From Planctomycetaceae bacterium (lineage in GTDB: Bacteria > Planctomycetota > Planctomycetia > Pirellulales > Pirellulaceae): a stretch of 64,000 nucleotides of DNA. The DNA lies in contig QIKY01000054.1 in the NCBI GenBank assembly GCA_003233175.1, positions 296 to 64,295 of the forward strand, in the 5' to 3' direction. The position numbers and the translations under genes were made by a program. Positions 62,366 to 64,000 of this stretch are shown piece by piece; the first letter of the stretch is position 1; the number at the start of each line of letters is the position of its first letter. The notes below the pieces were generated by a model. It saw nothing but the letters and a program-made list of their open reading frames with translations, ran no database searches and was not told where the DNA came from.

Positions 62366-63412
62366 ATGCCGGCATTTCGTAGGGCCATCCTGGCTTGTTC
62401 CTTCTTGCTGCTGGCGGCTTCGACCGCCGTGGCTCAGGAACGCGGGCAAGCCGCCGAGCGCGCGGCGAAATCGTTGCTCACTCCCGCGACCGAGGCCGCC
62501 ATCGAACGCGGGCTGTATCGCCTCGCGTCGCGGCAAAGCGAACGCGACGACGGCTCCTTCGGCGCTTCTGGCTATGGGCGCAACGTGGCGGTTTGCAGTC
62601 TGGCCGGATTGGCCTTCCTCTGCGAAGGCAGCACTCCAGGACGCGGCCGCTTCGGCGGCAATATTGATCGCTGCATCGATTACATTCTGGCCAACGCCCA
62701 GGAGAGCGGGTATATCATCGCCCCGGAAGGCGCCAGCCACGGCCCGATGTACGGCCACGGTTTCTCCACTCTGTTCCTGGCCGAAGTGTACGGCATGACC
62801 TCTCGCCCCGGCGTGCGGGAAACGCTCTCCCGCGCGGTGCGATTGATCGTGAATTCGCAGAACCCCGAAGGCGGTTGGCGTTACAAACCCGATGGCCGCG
62901 AAGCCGATATTTCCGTCACGATTTGTCAGGTGATGGCGCTCCGCGCCGCCAGAAACGTGGGCGTGGCCGTGCCCAGTGAAACGATCGACCGCTGCATTGA
63001 ATATGTGAAATCGATGCAGAATGGCGACGGCGGTTTCATGTACATGAGCGACGGAGGCCCCAGCGGTTTTCCGCGCTCCGCCGCCGGAATCGTGGCATTG
63101 CATAGCGCGGGCGTCTATGAGGGCGAGGAACTTGAAAAAGGCATGAACTATTTGCTTCGCCAAATGCCGCGGGCGGCCGGGTATCGTCACAGCACCAACT
63201 ACTTTTACGGACACTATTACGGCGCGCAAGCAGCCTGGAGAGCCGGCGGCGATTCTTGGCGGAATTGGTATCCCGTGATTCGCGACGTGCTCTTGGATAA
63301 CCAACTTCGCGATGGATCCTGGGTCGACACCATCTCGCCCGAATACGGCACCGCAATGGCTTGCATCATCTTGCAAATACCGAACAACCAGTTGCCGATC
63401 TTTCAGCGATAA
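62366..63412 (+). CDS. Secreted prenyltransferase/squalene-oxidase-repeat (alpha/alpha-toroid) protein
   Basis: Signal peptide. Repeated aromatic/Gly motifs (DDGSFG, NPEGGWRY, NGDGGFMY, RDGSW) spaced as in terpenoid-cyclase/prenyltransferase repeats. Confidence 0.7.
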   Translation: MPAFRRAILACSFLLLAASTAVAQERGQAAERAAKSLLTPATEAAIERGLYRLASRQSERDDGSFGASGYGRNVAVCSLAGLAFLCEGSTPGRGRFGGNIDRCIDYILANAQESGYIIAPEGASHGPMYGHGFSTLFLAEVYGMTSRPGVRETLSRAVRLIVNSQNPEGGWRYKPDGREADISVTICQVMALRAARNVGVAVPSETIDRCIEYVKSMQNGDGGFMYMSDGGPSGFPRSAAGIVALHSAGVYEGEELEKGMNYLLRQMPRAAGYRHSTNYFYGHYYGAQAAWRAGGDSWRNWYPVIRDVLLDNQLRDGSWVDTISPEYGTAMACIILQIPNNQLPIFQR

Positions 63413-63599
63413 GGCGCGGCAGATAAAATTTTACCGAGTTAGGCGAGCGGCGAAAAAGAATTTGCCAATAGATCAGGACGCCCCTCTTCTTACAGTATGT
63501 TTTCATCCGCCGCGCGCCGGACGTGGCCTGGCGGTTGCCAACTCCAACGCGTCCTGCCGATACAATAACACCGTCGCCTTCACATTCGATAATGCAGGA

Positions 63600-64000
63600 C
63601 GTCCAATCATGGAGCGGTTCGACACCGAGCGAGAGTTGGATGCTCGTCTGCATGTATCGACTTGGCTGCACGTATCGACTTGGCTGCCGGAAGCGATTGT
63701 CGTTCCCGACGCCGACCAAAGCGAAGCCGATTGTGCGATTGAACATCTGCAAGCCGGAAGAACCTATCTTTGCGATCGTGGACACATTAGTTATGCGTTA
63801 ACCAAGACGCACTGCCATGCAACAAAAACGCCGGAAGACACGGCGTTCGCATGTCTTGCTGTATCAACACAGATGGCAAGTTGAACTGTTTTTTCGTTGG
63901 TTCAAGTCGTTCGGCAACTTCAGTCACTTGATCAGCCACAATCGAAAAGGTGTTTTGAGGCGCCTCTACGTGACGATCATCGCCATGCTGCTGAAGGATA
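63600..64000 (+). pseudogene. IS4/IS5-like DDE transposase remnant (internally deleted, runs off window)
   Basis: GRTYLCDRGHISYAL (second-D region, frame 3) is followed within about 25 codons, in frame 1, by LLYQHRWQVELFFRWFKSFG (the C-terminal YxxRWxIE..F block). The roughly 150-200 aa normally between them are absent. An 18-bp tandem duplication lies at 63649-63684. Confidence 0.6.

Noticed and set aside
62333-63376. 347-aa minus-strand ORF antisense to the prenyltransferase-fold gene
   Set aside because: For the same reason: the sense frame has a signal peptide and repeated toroid motifs, while the antisense frame is low-complexity.
63600-63900. Programmed -1/+1 frameshift in the transposase
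   Set aside because: The two frames join conserved blocks that are normally about 150-200 aa apart. The frame change therefore reflects an internal deletion and decay, not a programmed frameshift.

Overview
The window looks like a chromosomal segment from a Planctomycetota-like genome. This placement is an inference from gene content: DUF1501 and DUF1549/DUF1553 pairs, sulfatase and FGE-fold genes, a giant multi-heme 'membrane-bound dehydrogenase'-type protein, BatA/VWA membrane proteins, several ECF sigma factors, and roughly 55-62% GC by eye. I call about 45 protein-coding genes, one tRNA-Ser(UGA), no rRNA and no CRISPR array. Recognisable core genes include the ffh-rpsP-trmD-rplS-yraN operon, an amidase, a Ser/Thr kinase, DAACS and SSS transporters, an MMPL/RND transporter, a TIGR03960-type radical SAM protein, a Bpt/Ate aminoacyl-transferase and a ferredoxin. 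Five things stand out. (1) A low-GC, tightly coupled three-gene cassette at 1751-3700 has no assignable function (a TIGR04255-like protein plus two orphans) and is my best candidate for an uncharacterised accessory or defence-type module. (2) A 1120-aa fatty-acyl-AMP-ligase/ACP/alpha-oxoamine-synthase fusion. (3) An ECF sigma factor and a Cys-rich anti-sigma factor sit upstream of an oversized CusBA-like efflux pair with no outer-membrane factor. (4) A Rieske-led BatA/VWA/coiled-coil/prenyltransferase-fold operon (52676-63412) and a second Rieske gene translationally coupled to an LpxL-type acyltransferase. (5) Intergenic DNA is unusually rich in repeats. It holds at least five interspersed hairpin or REP-like families, an 85-nt structured element found twice just after stop codons, and a 377-bp palindromic composite enclosing a 14-bp tandem array. 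Mobile and decay signals are limited to a truncated IS4/IS5-like transposase at the right edge, a truncated HEPN (TIGR02391-like) fragment, and a decayed paralogue of the PIN gene. All family assignments come from motifs read by eye and need HMM or structure searches to confirm.
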